Source: Chrysomallon squamiferum (Eukaryota; Animalia; Mollusca). From it: 64,000 nt of DNA. Each line of letters opens with the position of its first letter. The first letter of the stretch is position 1. Shown piece after piece: positions 39,629 through 51,817 of this stretch. The translations under genes and the position numbers were made by a program. The DNA is taken from NCBI GenBank assembly GCA_012295275.1, contig CM022673.1:8618001-8682000 (forward strand), given 5' to 3'. The notes below the pieces were generated by a model. The model was given only the letters and a program-made list of their open reading frames with translations, was not told where the DNA came from and ran no database searches.

Positions 39629-42600
39629 GTGTGTGTTTCAAAGAGAGTTGTAAAGTTGTATGTAAATTATCTGTGTTTTTATTTATTGCATAGTAAATAC
39701 AAATGGTTACTGTTTGTTGAAGTTGTATATCAAGTTTAGATTAGACAGTTAAAACAATAATATATCAGCTCAGTGTGTGTGTATGTTTTTTTATATGAGT
39801 TAGAGAGAAGAAGAAGAATCAAATAATATATTTTGGTTATAAACAAAACTTAATAAAAATCAGTCATTTAAAACAAAAGAAAAAAGAAAAAATGTATCAT
39901 ATAATTATTACTTCTTTATTTCACTCTGTTATTATTTTGGAAAATGTCCAGGTCAGTTAACACTATGTGCAAAACTAGCATGTTTCTCAGTCTATCATAC
40001 CTGTCTGATATCACTTCAGCCTTGAGACTAAAATGTCATTAATTTTCAATCAAGTTTGACACAATCAGCATTTGTCTAGCCTGCCTTTACTGTGACATAC
40101 ACAGTGAATTTTATAGTTCATAATCCTAGCCTTGTGTGCTTAAGTGTGTGAAATGTGGTATGTTTTTAATCTTCTGCATGGTGTTTAATGCATCATTATT
40201 TGTATATTTCTGTACAGGACTAATCTTAATGGTGCTGTTTTTATTAACAATTTATTTTACTTGATCAAAGTCTCAATGGGTACTGGTGAAAATGTCGGTG
40301 TGCTTTATGTCAAAAGTGACCATATAAATTGTCTGAAACTGGCATTTTATTGATCCAAAGCAGAAATAGTTTAAAGCTAACAACAGAATTTGCTCTAGCT
40401 GGAGGCATGACAGATTACTGGATCTGTCTTCCTGAGTGAGGCCAGTGTTTTGTTTCCTATTCCGGTCACTGCTCCACAAAAGTATAGTGATCAGTTTCAA
40501 AAATTAATTAATGGACATGGCCTGTGAGAAGGTGCATGCAAAAATTAATTATTGTTAATTAGTGTGAATAGCCTGGCAGCAGAAGGTTTTATTACTGGAA
40601 TTTACATAATAATAATAATAATAAAAACAACAACAACAACAATGATAATAATAGTAATACAGCTGACACATAATATAAATAAGTTTAATAAAATGAGTCT
40701 TTAACATTAAATATTATAGCTTATAATACTGTAGCTTTTTTATCTTGCTCTGAAAGTTGTTGTTATTAATTTATATATACATTATTTTAAAGTTTCTGTC
40801 TAGAAAGTGTTCAGCTCTTTGATATATTTAATGACGATACTTATTTTCTGTTCTTTAAGTAATTATTAAGTATATTAATATTATTTATGTAATAACAACA
40901 ATATTTTAATAATAATTGAAATTTTAATAATACTAGTCATAATCGTAATAAAATTGTAACACTAATAACAATAATACTAACTGACAATAATGATAAAAAA
41001 ATGACAATAACGAGAACTATAATATAATCCCCACGAATAACATGGTTATGTTTACAGTAGTGTTAAGGCCAAGACAAGTCAATTCAACATTTCTTGGCTT
41101 AAGCTTGTCACTGACTCATTAACACCAGAATTAGTTCATGACCTGTTGTGTCTGCTGCCAAGAATACCTCCAATAAAATATTTTAAAGCTGCAGGGTTAT
41201 CACAAAAGAGAGTTCTGTAACCTGCTTCAACCATTGTGTTCCATCAGGATTTTATGATCAATATCGGGCCATGCATGCCTGGTTAATTATTTCAATTAAT
41301 GGCTTAGTTCTAGTCAGTCCATCTGGGGTATGCGTACGTCTGATTAACAACTGGAGAAGATGAATACATTAGATGCGATTGTTCTAGCTGTTTGTGTGTG
41401 TGTTCGTGGTTTTATTTATTTTATTTTTGAAACTGATGTGAAATTCAAAAAATAAAGAAATTATATGCGTCTTTGTGATCTTTGTTCCTCTGTGTATGTG
41501 CCTGTTTGTGTGTGTGTATGAGTGAATATATCTGTTAGTATATATATATATATATTAATTTTACTTTTTTGATAATATTAATGTTTTTATTTTTTGACAT
41601 CAGCAGCAGGTTATATATAGCTGCTGCTGTTAAAAATATTAATATTATCTATCAAAAAAGTTTGATTTAAAATCAATGTTTATTAAAAGTTAAAGTTTAA
41701 AAGATCACACATAAAATACATCATGTATGTTGAAATATTAACTTTATTGCGTATGTCTATAAGCAATATTCATTGCACATGTTCTTTTGTTTGTTCCGAA
41801 TTTCAACCCCTTTCACTGCATTTGTCACCAGTATGTTGGTAGGTCACTGAACTTAGGTTTGTGAAAAAAACAAAAAACAATGAGGGCACATATTGAACTA
41901 AAGGTTTGCCTTTAGTAAAGTTCAGATTTTGTATTTATTTTAATTTAATTTTTTTATACTATATTAATTTGGTTATATTTATTTTCTTCTTCTTTTTCTT
42001 TTCAGAAATATTTTTAATTGTTATAACATGAAAACTAAGACTCAAAATGACCAGTTCTGATACTGAAAGTTATGATAGTTTTGGTGTCTGAACAATTTGT
42101 CAGAGGTGTTGCTTGAAGGGGTTATTATTTAGTGAAAAATAACTGAGGTGTTAAATTGATCTGATGCCTGAAATGTAAAAATAATTGTTTCACACCAGTT
42201 ATGTTAAATGACTTGATACCTGAGATGTTAAAATGATTTGGTATCCAGGTGTTATATTGATTCAGTGCCTAGATGTTACAATAACTTGGATGTTTAGATA
42301 TTAAATTGACTCAGTGCCTAGATGTTATAATAACTTGGTTGTTCAGATATTAAAATGACTTGGTGCCTAGATGTTATAATAACTTGGGTGTTTAGATGTT
42401 AAAATGATTCAGTGCCTAGATGTTATAATAACTTGGTTGTTCAAATATTAAAATGACTTGGTGCTTAGACGTTATAATAACTTGGTTGTTTAAATATTGA
42501 ACTGACTCAGTGCCTAGATGTTAAAATTATTTGTTGTCTAGATGTTAAAATGACTTTTGGTGGTTAGATATTAAAATGATTTGTTACTGAGATTTTAAAA

Positions 42601-43037
42601 TGATTTGGTTGTCTAGATAAAAAAAATTACTTTGTGAGGAAGATTAAAAAATCTTGTTACTGAGTTTCTTTGTGGAGAAAAAGAAAAAAAAAGATATGTG
42701 ACTAAGATGAAAAGTTTCTTTCATTGACAAAATGTTAGTATAGGTGTCTGGAATGAAAAAAAACTTGTTCCTAAAATGCAAATAATTTTTGAACCATTGG
42801 TTGTCATATCTTAAAAATAGTTTATTTTCAGGACAGTTGAAGTATTTGAGTGCTGACATGTAAAATGAATTGTTTTATATCTTGTATCACTGTTTTCAGG
42901 TGATTTATTAAAGAACACAGCTGAATTTCTTGACACAATCCTTGATGAAGATGAAGAATTGTGTTTATCATGGACCTCTCAGGAATTTGTTGAATCTTTG
43001 TTGGAGGCTGTCAAACAAATTGGGTTTGTCCTGATAT

Positions 43038-43072
<35 letters not shown>

Positions 43073-43200
43073 TTTTTTATTTTTTTATTTTTTTTTGTAT
43101 TATATTATAAATATACACATTCATAAATAATATATAATACTATCAGAGAATGTGTCTTTATTTTTTTTGTATTTATTTAATATTACTTTATCATTTTTTA

Positions 43201-43240
<40 letters not shown>

Positions 43241-43576
43241 TTATTTTTTTTAAAATTTGTTTTACAATTCAGTTTTTAAAAACATTACTAGTAAAGGTTA
43301 TACCTTTCACTGGATTTGTTTTTGCTTATGAAATTAATTATAGTGTTGGTAACTGAATACAGAATTAATGTGTTTCTTATCCAGTTATGTCCTATATAAA
43401 CTTTACACTGATATTTGATTTAATATTTGTAGTAATGTCTTATTCAAGAATATTGTTTCCATCATTATTTTGATGTTGCATTATTTATGAATGATGAAAC
43501 ATCAAATGTATATTAATTTAAATATTTCAGTAATTATATTACAATTTTTATTATTGTTGTTGTTGTTGTTATTGTG

Positions 43577-43633
<57 letters not shown>

Positions 43634-46174
43634 ATTATTATTACTATTATTATTATTATTATAGGTACACCCATAGTGACACCCTGGAAATATTTCTCCA
43701 TATCTTCCAGTTACTTTCAACATCTGAAAAAGGTGTTCAGGCCATAGGTATGTAAATAGAAGTGAAAACATTTCATTTATTTCAGGAGCAGATTGATAAA
43801 ATAGTGTCAGTGAGTAGCATTGCTCATCTGAGGGTTAAGGGTTGCAGAATTGATATTCTACTTCATTCCAACTGTTTCTTCCCATTCCAAACAGTCCCTT
43901 ATTGTGTCAGATTTACCAATTTTCTCTGAGAACATGTAGTTTAATTTAGCTCAGTTGTTAGTGGTTAGATATATATATATATATATATATACCAGGCTTT
44001 CTCCAGTTTCAAAGATGTTACAGATACATTTGGTAAGTGCTTTCCAGATGATGGAAAATTTTATACAAAACATTCCTTACTAAGAACTAATATAAGAACT
44101 TAATATTCAAGCTTTAAATAATTAAAATAAACAGGTTAACATTAATTTAATTGCTAGAAATGTAAAAATTAATGATCTTCAGAAGCAGAACATAAACTTT
44201 TAAAAGAGAAAAAAAAAAAAAAAATTTATTATTATTATTTTTTTTTTTTTTAACAGTTGCTTGTTCAGATGATATTTTGGTTCCATTACTGAAATATCTG
44301 ATGGGAATGTGTGAGTATGAGATTGTTGGTCTTGATGGAAGAGAGAGTTGTCTTTCTTCAGCTCTTTCTGTTCTCAATGTTCTGCTGACATCATCAGAGG
44401 ATGCAGCTGACAAATTAACATCTGGTTAGTGAACATGCTTCAAAAAATAGTAGTAATATTTGTTAAGGATTTTTCAAAACACAAAATACAACAACAGCAA
44501 TAATAGAGTTTAAAATTTTTTTTTTTTTTTTAAATGTTCATTGGATTATGGATGCTTTGGAGAAAATAAAGGGAAGTAATTTTATCATCTTCATAAACTT
44601 CCATTTTGGAAATGTTGGAAGGGAAACAACTCTTAATAGTTTACTGTTGCAATACAGTGACTATTTTTAAAAAATAAGCATAACATCTATTTGTCGTATT
44701 TCCTTTCTTTTTTTTTTTTTTTTTTTTTTTTTTGAAATTATCAATTTTGAAATGTATTTATCAATTTAGAAAAAATTATTGTTAATTTTCAGGAGCATAG
44801 TAGAGAAATAACTTAACTTTATTTTTTTCACTGATTTATCTTATTTTCACACTTAATTATTGATATCCAGCTGTTATTGTAATTTTTGCCAATTTATTCA
44901 CACAGTTAAATTATTAAATTTTAATTCATCCACATTTCCACCATTACAGAGCCTGATTTTATTCGATGCCTACTGAAAATTCTAGAACCTGCCTTCGAAC
45001 ATCTCCATCAAGAACTTGAAGACAGCAACTCAGAATCAAATGAAAATCCTGGAGTGGAAGCCAATCAAAGTAATGGTAATGCATTATCAGATCATACAGC
45101 TGAAACTTCAGTAACTTCAGAAACTTCAGTAACCAGCAGTTCCTCTAGAAGTGAAGAAGAGAATGGAAAGAAGGCAGACAACTCCTCACAAGACAAAAAG
45201 TGTGATGTGCAGAGAATGAGAATTAGCACACTCTGCAATGTTCTCTCTAGCTGTCTTTCTGACTTCATCTTAGCCCTTAAACCTGTAAGTTTATATTTCT
45301 GTTTTTATGTCTGGGTTTTTTTTTTTTAATTAATTTATATATACTTGATTAGAATCAAACTTTCCATAGTGTTCTCTCTAGTGTTTTTCTGAATTTATGC
45401 TAACCCTTAAACCCTTAAACCACTAAGTTGTTGTTTTGTTTTGTATATTTGTCTGTCTGTTCTATTTTTATTTTTATTTTTATTCACTTTTCTTTGCTTT
45501 ATTTTGTTTTACTTTATTAGGACTTGCACCTAGATTTAAGACAATATTTTTCTTCTCTTATATCATCATAATGGAAAGAATCCTTTTGTCTAAGCCAGCC
45601 ATAATTCAGTGTATTAATTTCCAAGTTTTGTTTAACAATAAAACAGATCATTAAATTCCTTTACTCAGCTGGAACTACTTGTTACATCAATCTACAGATA
45701 TACCACTCTTTATCTAAATAATTTTATAGTTTTTCTTACCTTTGAAGGAATTATTTTATTTCTCGGGTATAAAAATCTATTTATTTCAGTATCTATTTCC
45801 CATGTTTCCAAATGAATCGAATATCAAATTTCTAATCAGTTTTTGTAATCTTGCTTACCTTTGTTTTGAACTATTTTGATTTTCAGGTAGAAAAAGTTCT
45901 AATTTCAATATTTACTTCACAGGTTGAAGATGAATCAGACATCAACCAGGCACTGTTTTTGCCAGTGTTGAGGTATCTGAACAACTCGTGTAGTAGACAA
46001 AGAATCAACTACATGTTGCGTTTGCTGGGCGACAGTGAGCTGAATTCATGCATAGAGAATCTGAAAATGTTAGCTGACAGATACAACCAGACCAGACTGG
46101 CAGGAATCATTGCCAGCTACATGAGTGGCAACCCACTTGAACGTTCCAATTCCCTCATTGAAGATATCACATAG
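27199..46174 (+). CDS. SAAL1: Protein SAAL1 (serum amyloid A-like 1), 12 coding exons
   Basis: Exons 27199-27208 (MSA, least certain), 27948-28090 (RNPSPPP..FSKHWLF), 29298-29405 ([14 protein letters not shown]), 30008-30091 (DVAKFLQEF), 30464-30543 ([12 protein letters not shown]), 32757-32816 ([10 protein letters not shown]), 33040-33155, 42900-43023, 43665-43747 (HIFQLLST), 44257-44424, 44950-45284, 45887-46174 (stop TAG). Motifs match recalled human SAAL1. Intron 7 is about 9.7 kb. Confidence 0.93.
31000..31270 (+). mobile_element. Decayed SINE with a core resembling Nin/Deu-domain molluscan SINEs
   Basis: gggaaggtgcatataaaagatgacttattgctaa ... tttcctct ... cattaaataaaatatttt, followed by a simple-repeat tail. 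Similar decayed cores occur near 34000 and 36130. The family assignment is from memory. Confidence 0.5.
31272..31325. repeat. (ATCC)n microsatellite
   Basis: Seen directly; it follows the decayed SINE. Confidence 0.85.
33130..33560. repeat. Degenerate ~30-bp tandem repeat starting at the SAAL1 exon 7 donor
   Basis: Recurrent gagtattcattctagacagtttacc variants, roughly a dozen units. Confidence 0.8.
33680..33748. repeat. (TAA)n immediately followed by (TTA)n
   Basis: Seen directly; the two halves are reverse complements. Confidence 0.9.
33860..34180 (+). mobile_element. Decayed SINE, same family
   Basis: ctgtagctca head; ttctccagttctaaccagtgactcac; atcctttctggaggaagatatatataaaaaatacc; gcagctacaggtatcctct. 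Confidence 0.45.
36060..36270 (+). mobile_element. Decayed SINE, same family
   Basis: ggaaaagataaatatgaaagatctcttgg ... aatggcagcagtgggttttattctctg resembles the cores near 31085 and 34020. Confidence 0.4.
38598..38673. repeat. (GA)n microsatellite; similar tracts at about 50628-50685 and 57453-57522
   Basis: Seen directly. It explains the RERERE and SLSLSL ORFs in the ORF track. Confidence 0.95.
39585..39636. repeat. (TG)n microsatellite
   Basis: Seen directly. Confidence 0.9.
42150..42620. repeat. Minisatellite, 49-bp period (two related ~24-25 bp subunits), degenerate at both edges
   Basis: (a/g)gtgc(c/t)taga(t/c)gtta starts at 42264, 42313, 42362, 42411, 42460 and 42509. Confidence 0.9.
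43800..44070 (+). mobile_element. Decayed SINE fragments
   Basis: tgtcagtgagtagcattgctc head, ttcccattccaaacagtccc core, a second head tagctcagttgttag and gctttctccagtttc. Confidence 0.4.
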
Positions 46175-47052
46175 GGACAGGACCCAGGAGAGAATGCTTG
46201 TGTCTGTAAATGAATGAATGAATGAATGCATGAGGGAGGAAGAGAATGATTTGAAAATAATAGAGTTCATTATGACTGCATTATGTAATTTATCTACAAA
46301 ATAATATACACACACTAACAAATTTACACCCACATACCCACAAATCTACACACACACACACAAAGATCTTCAAATATAATAAGATTTGTTTTGTTCTAGG
46401 AAAACCAGTTGTATTTTTATACAAAGCTGTAACCTAGTTTGAATGTCATATCATCAGTGATTTTGTATAGAAAAACCACAAGATTTCTATGGTGAAGGAT
46501 ATTCTACTTTTTCTTTTTTTTTAAATCACATTTACAGATTATTTTCCAAACATCACAGCTCAACATCAATTGAAGAATGCATGTATTATTTTGTTGTTTC
46601 ATTTATGTTTGAATTTTTATTTTGGATAAGGCAGCATATGGTTTAAAAACAACTTTCTAATTGTCATATTTATATAAAATCAGAAAATAGTGAACTTACA
46701 AAACAAGTTATTTATGAAAATAACTCCATAATCTGATAATGTGACAATAATGTTAACTATTTTATCAGGCCCCATCTGCTTTTAAATTAGAACTATCATT
46801 CAGATTTAGTTCATCTTATTTTAAATGACAATAATGTTCTATTATTTTTATTTTGTATATATAATACTTACACTGCTTTCAAACAAAGGATTATGCACTA
46901 ACAATATAACTCTTTGAAAGAGAAGTGGTATGAAGTTTTTAGTTAGAACTGGAAAAATACTGAAATAGAAAATGAAAGGTCATTTTGCATTTTAGAAAAT
47001 CATCTCTACACTTTATTCCATTTTAAAATAAATAAATAAATTATTATTATTA

Positions 47053-47087
<35 letters not shown>

Positions 47088-48359
47088 AAGAAGTAGACCA
47101 ACAACTATAATAATAATAATAATAATAAATTACAGTAAATTTAATATTTTTAATAAAGTTCTTTATTTTGGGAACAACTTGTTTGTTGTTTTTTTTGTTT
47201 TGTTTTTTTGTTGTATTTTAAATTATCATTACATCAAATGAAAATGTTTAATCTTTTTGGTAGAAATATTTAAATGGCAGAATCAAGCTGTTGAAATTTT
47301 TATTTAGAATATGTTTTGTAATAATAAAGTTAACAAAATAAAGTGTTATTACAGTTTCTATTTTTATATACATTTTAAAACTATCATATTATCTTTCATT
47401 CATTTCAGATACAATTATAATGAACTAAATATATTGTAATATTTCTGTAAGAAAATAAAGCTTCATATATTATGCAGAAATTATTTTTGATGAAGGTTTC
47501 TTATATTGTTAACTGTTATATCATGTTTGTAATATGGAAACTTTTACAAGTTACGTGGTTGACAAAATAAAGTTTTCTTAAACGTGTTTCACTTTTTGTC
47601 ATCTTGTTCTTGATGCTTTTTAATTTTATATCTATTTTTAGGGACTTTATTTCCATATTTCTATTCATTTTGAATGATGTTTACGACAGTTTTCAAAATT
47701 CATGTTAAACATGAAAGGCAAGCTTTAAAATACTTATTTATAAATGTATTTGGTTAAGGTTATCAGTGATTATAAATTACATGATAAAGATAAAAACATC
47801 ATTCTAAACTAAGGTTGGTTATTCATCTCCCTTCTCTATCATAAATGTAATACAGTATAATTTCTCCCAAGAAGTTTTACAGAAAACCAAAATAATTTTT
47901 AACGTTTCCTGTCTTTAAACAATATAATTTGAAAAATGTACTTTTTCTTACAAATCCCAAATTCTGTTTTTTTTTAATCATTTTTTATTTTTTTATTATT
48001 ATTATTTTATTTTATTTTTTGTCTTTTCCTTTTCTATTTTAATTTTTATAAACAAACCATCTTCAAAGTTATGTCCACCAGAATAACGACATGACCAGGC
48101 TCCTCCCTTGTAATCTGCCAAAGAAACGTAGTTACCTGCCTGTATCATCAGTGTGTTTGTTTAATAACGATGAAAGATTAAAAATTAAAGATAAAAAAAG
48201 AAGAAAAAATCCAAGAAAAAAACGAAAAAACCCTCCAAACCACACCTTTGAAACTTATTTTAGGTAACGTTAATTAGCAACTTCATTATTAAATATACCG
48301 CTGGGAGTTCGTTAATGATGATTTCTTTTATAAAACTGGGCTAAAACTTAAAGGAAATG

Positions 48360-48399
<40 letters not shown>

Positions 48400-48746
48400 T
48401 GTTCTCTTTTTAATTTTTTTTAATTTTTATTATTTTTTTATTTCTTTGCCTGTTTGTTATTCCTTTTAAGTTTAGTTTAACAGTTTACTGAATACTTGTG
48501 GACGGCTCGATACCAAGCTACGTTATTGCACTATTGATCAGTTTTTAACCGAACTATAAAACGACAAAGTTACAATACAGTGTGAACTTGTTTGTTTTGT
48601 TTTATTTTTGCACGTTTAGTTTCTGGCAGGTAAATTACATGTGATTCTGAATAATTCTCTGTTTCGACTGTGCAAATTATAATACAAATTTTTTGTGAAA
48701 GATTTTAATAAAGTTGATCGCGTGAAGTGCAGAAAAAAAAATATAT

Positions 48747-48785
<39 letters not shown>

Positions 48786-49379
48786 TCCCGCATTTTGTTC
48801 CATTTTGTTATTTTGAACTGAAAAAAAAAAAAAAAAAAAAAATTAACTCAACAAAATGTTTTTTTAATAAAAAAAAAATAATAAAATTAAACGTAAAATC
48901 GTGGTTTCACTGTAATAATGAAATTTGATGATAATATTATGAAGGCAATTATAATCCGTGGTCGCGGAAATAACTTTCTCGACTGTTGACCTTCAATTTT
49001 AATGCGGGGTAGCACCGGTCCGGAAAATTCAAAAGTCTTCGAAATCGCTAATGTAAACATTAACCCTAAAATTTACCGAAACATGAAATGTTTAGTACAC
49101 AATATAATATGTAATAATAATAATAATTAATCAGTAAACAAATGTAATTAAGTAAAAGTAAAGAAAAATGTATGCTAGGTTCGGTGAAGTTTGTTAGATT
49201 ATGTTGTCCCGATTTCCCGAAATCCGTAAAAACGAGGGTAAAAAATATACAGAAAGATAATAGTAAGAAATAAATTAAGTGAATTAAAATTATTTTAAAA
49301 ATAACTTTGTCTTTTTATTTAGTATTGTGATTTTTTTTTTTTTTTTTTTTTTTTGTTACTAATTCTAAAAATTTTGTTA

Positions 49380-49720
49380 AAATTTAAATGAAATAAAAAC
49401 GTTTTTATAAACCATTTTGGATGGGTTTTTTAATTATTATTATTATTTTACTGTAAATATTAATATGAAATAAAAACACTTTTTAAAAGCATTTCGTTTG
49501 TTTTTACTTATTTTTCAGTAAATAAATTAAAGTTTATATTAAATGAAATAAAATGATTTTTTTTTAAATTTATTGTTTGTTTTTACTATTTTCTGTAAAC
49601 AGTTAACTTTTAAATGAAAGAAATAGATTTTAAAATGTGTTTTATTGTTTGATGTTAATATTAAACTATTAATTATTTAATGAAATATAAATTATTTTAA
49701 TATCTTTCTGTTTGTATTTA
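49380..49720. repeat. Degenerate ~70-78 bp tandem repeat (aaatgaaataaaa core)
   Basis: Core recurs near 49386, 49465, 49541, 49612 and 49679. Confidence 0.6.
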
Positions 49721-49837
49721 CTTTGAATACTTCTAACAATACTAACATTAGAAGGGGCTTATCTGAACATTTTTATTATAAATTTTTTTAAAGTTTGAAC
49801 ACGTTCCAATTTTTATTCAGTATTTCTCGCCGTTATC

Positions 49838-49897
<60 letters not shown>

Positions 49898-50625
49898 ATA
49901 AACTTTTATTAAATATTGAATATAGAAACTCTTCCTTTTTGATAATGATTTTTCCTGTGGGTCTGTTCACCCTATGTATAGAGCAAAAAATATTTATATT
50001 AATTATCATTTTCAAATATATCCAGAATGTTTACCGATTCTTGGAAATCCATTTTGTCCATCTGATCTTAAAAAAAAATAAAAAATAAAAAATAAAAATG
50101 TTGGAAAATGAAAGAGCTCTGTATATTTGTTCCGTTTTTTCTTACACATTCTCAGAAATTACCTACCGTCTGCCTGTCTGTCTGAATCTCTGTCTGTAGG
50201 CTGTATTTTATACACACGCGTAATTATTTGCATAATGTGCGTGAGTGAGTGCATGGTTGTAAATATGCAAACATATGTAGACTGACAGATAGATAGGTGG
50301 CGAGATATGTAAAGAGCATTATCTAATCAGGTTTTTGATTTGTAAAAATAATGAGAGTAATCGAGTAAAATAGTTCATCAACATTCCAGGACTCAACAAC
50401 ATTCTTCATGTACATGATTTAATTAATACCGACATGCAAAACATCATAATTTGGTTGGCAGCGTTCTTTTAGCAACATCATTTCGGTTGATGCTGGTATG
50501 CACATCTGGATAATTTCATGGAGGTAAATATACAGCAGTACTGACGTATGATGTGCAGTGTATATGTTTCAAATGAATGCTGTAAAATGCAGGTCCGTCA
50601 GAAGATTATAATTAAGATAAAAATT

Positions 50626-50688
<63 letters not shown>

Positions 50689-51410
50689 AAATAAAACAGA
50701 ACATATATTTATTCGTGTAACTTCGTTTATTCCATTAATTTATAAAATAAATGTGGAGACTTGTAAATTGCTAACAATGCTGATAATCTGCATCAGTTTT
50801 ATGATTTAAGATATGAATTATTACTGGTGTCCGACGACAATTTATTGCGCAAAGAATGAAACAATATAGATATGTCTTCATAATTCTAACTAAACATAAA
50901 CAAGACAAAATAATAACATTAAACATTCCTAGATATAAAATATGATTACAACTACTACCGAAAACGACATTATTAAATAAACAAATATTATGAAATTAAA
51001 ATTAAATTGCTAATGGCTCATGCATTCTTAAAAAGGGCAAAAATTGTTTTTAAAACAAAGGTTATGACAACAATTACTACTCTAATTACGTCATAAATAA
51101 ATAAATAAATACATAAACAAATAAATTTGGACATTTTATTACTTAAAATATACTTTGTTTTTTGTTGTTGTTTTTTTTTTAATTTTAGAAACCGATAATG
51201 TTACAAAATATTTTACAAAACGTTATCAAGTATTATAATTTATGATTACAGTTTATTTTGTATAAATTTATTTTAAAATTGAAAATTTCGAAACAATTTT
51301 CATTTTCCAAGATTTCCACCATTTTGTGAATCACAAAGTCGTATTTTCTGCGGGTGTGTTACTTTAGTTAATTAATCTAAATCTGTTGTTGTTAACACCT
51401 GTTTTTATAA

Positions 51411-51466
<56 letters not shown>

Positions 51467-51702
51467 AATATAAAATTATATTTTAAAAATACAATTTGTT
51501 AAAAACTGCGACATAAAAAAAAAAAAAAACAACATTATAACAACCTAGAACAATATAAAAAAAGAAGAAAAGAAAGCAGAAAAATGTCCTTTTCTGTGCA
51601 GTATAATGTGACATTTATATACAAGTTTAACTGTTCACCTTTGTTTTTTGAACATTTACTTAATAAGAAACAAAATACTGGAGGCTTTCAAACCAAGCTG
51701 CC

Positions 51703-51768
51703 TTATTCCATGTCGGCTTTTGGAGCAAGCTGGCCTGTATATTTCGGCATCATTCCCTTGGTGTTGGC
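51703..51768 (-). CDS. Distal alternative terminal exon of the myophilin-like gene (ANTKGMMPKYTGQLAPKADME*)
   Basis: Acceptor atatttag, phase 0, 21 codons then TAA. Shares ANxKG..YTG..APK.D with the proximal exon. Confidence 0.8.
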   Translation of the reverse strand, partial: ANTKGMMPKYTGQLAPKADME

Positions 51769-51772
51769 CTAA

Positions 51773-51817
<45 letters not shown>

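Noticed and set aside
42150-42620. Regularly spaced repeat resembling a CRISPR array
   Set aside because: The intervening sequences are themselves repeated rather than unique spacers, the context is a eukaryotic intron and there are no cas genes.
33156-42899. Conserved bilaterian or molluscan microRNAs in the long SAAL1 intron
   Set aside because: I recognised no mature miRNA sequence by eye. A MirGeneDB or Rfam search is needed to exclude them properly.
43502-43771. Poly-N, poly-L, poly-I and poly-Y ORFs (also near 49795, 51648, 53213, 53667, 54988, 60983)
   Set aside because: They are translations of trinucleotide microsatellites or the antisense of real exons.
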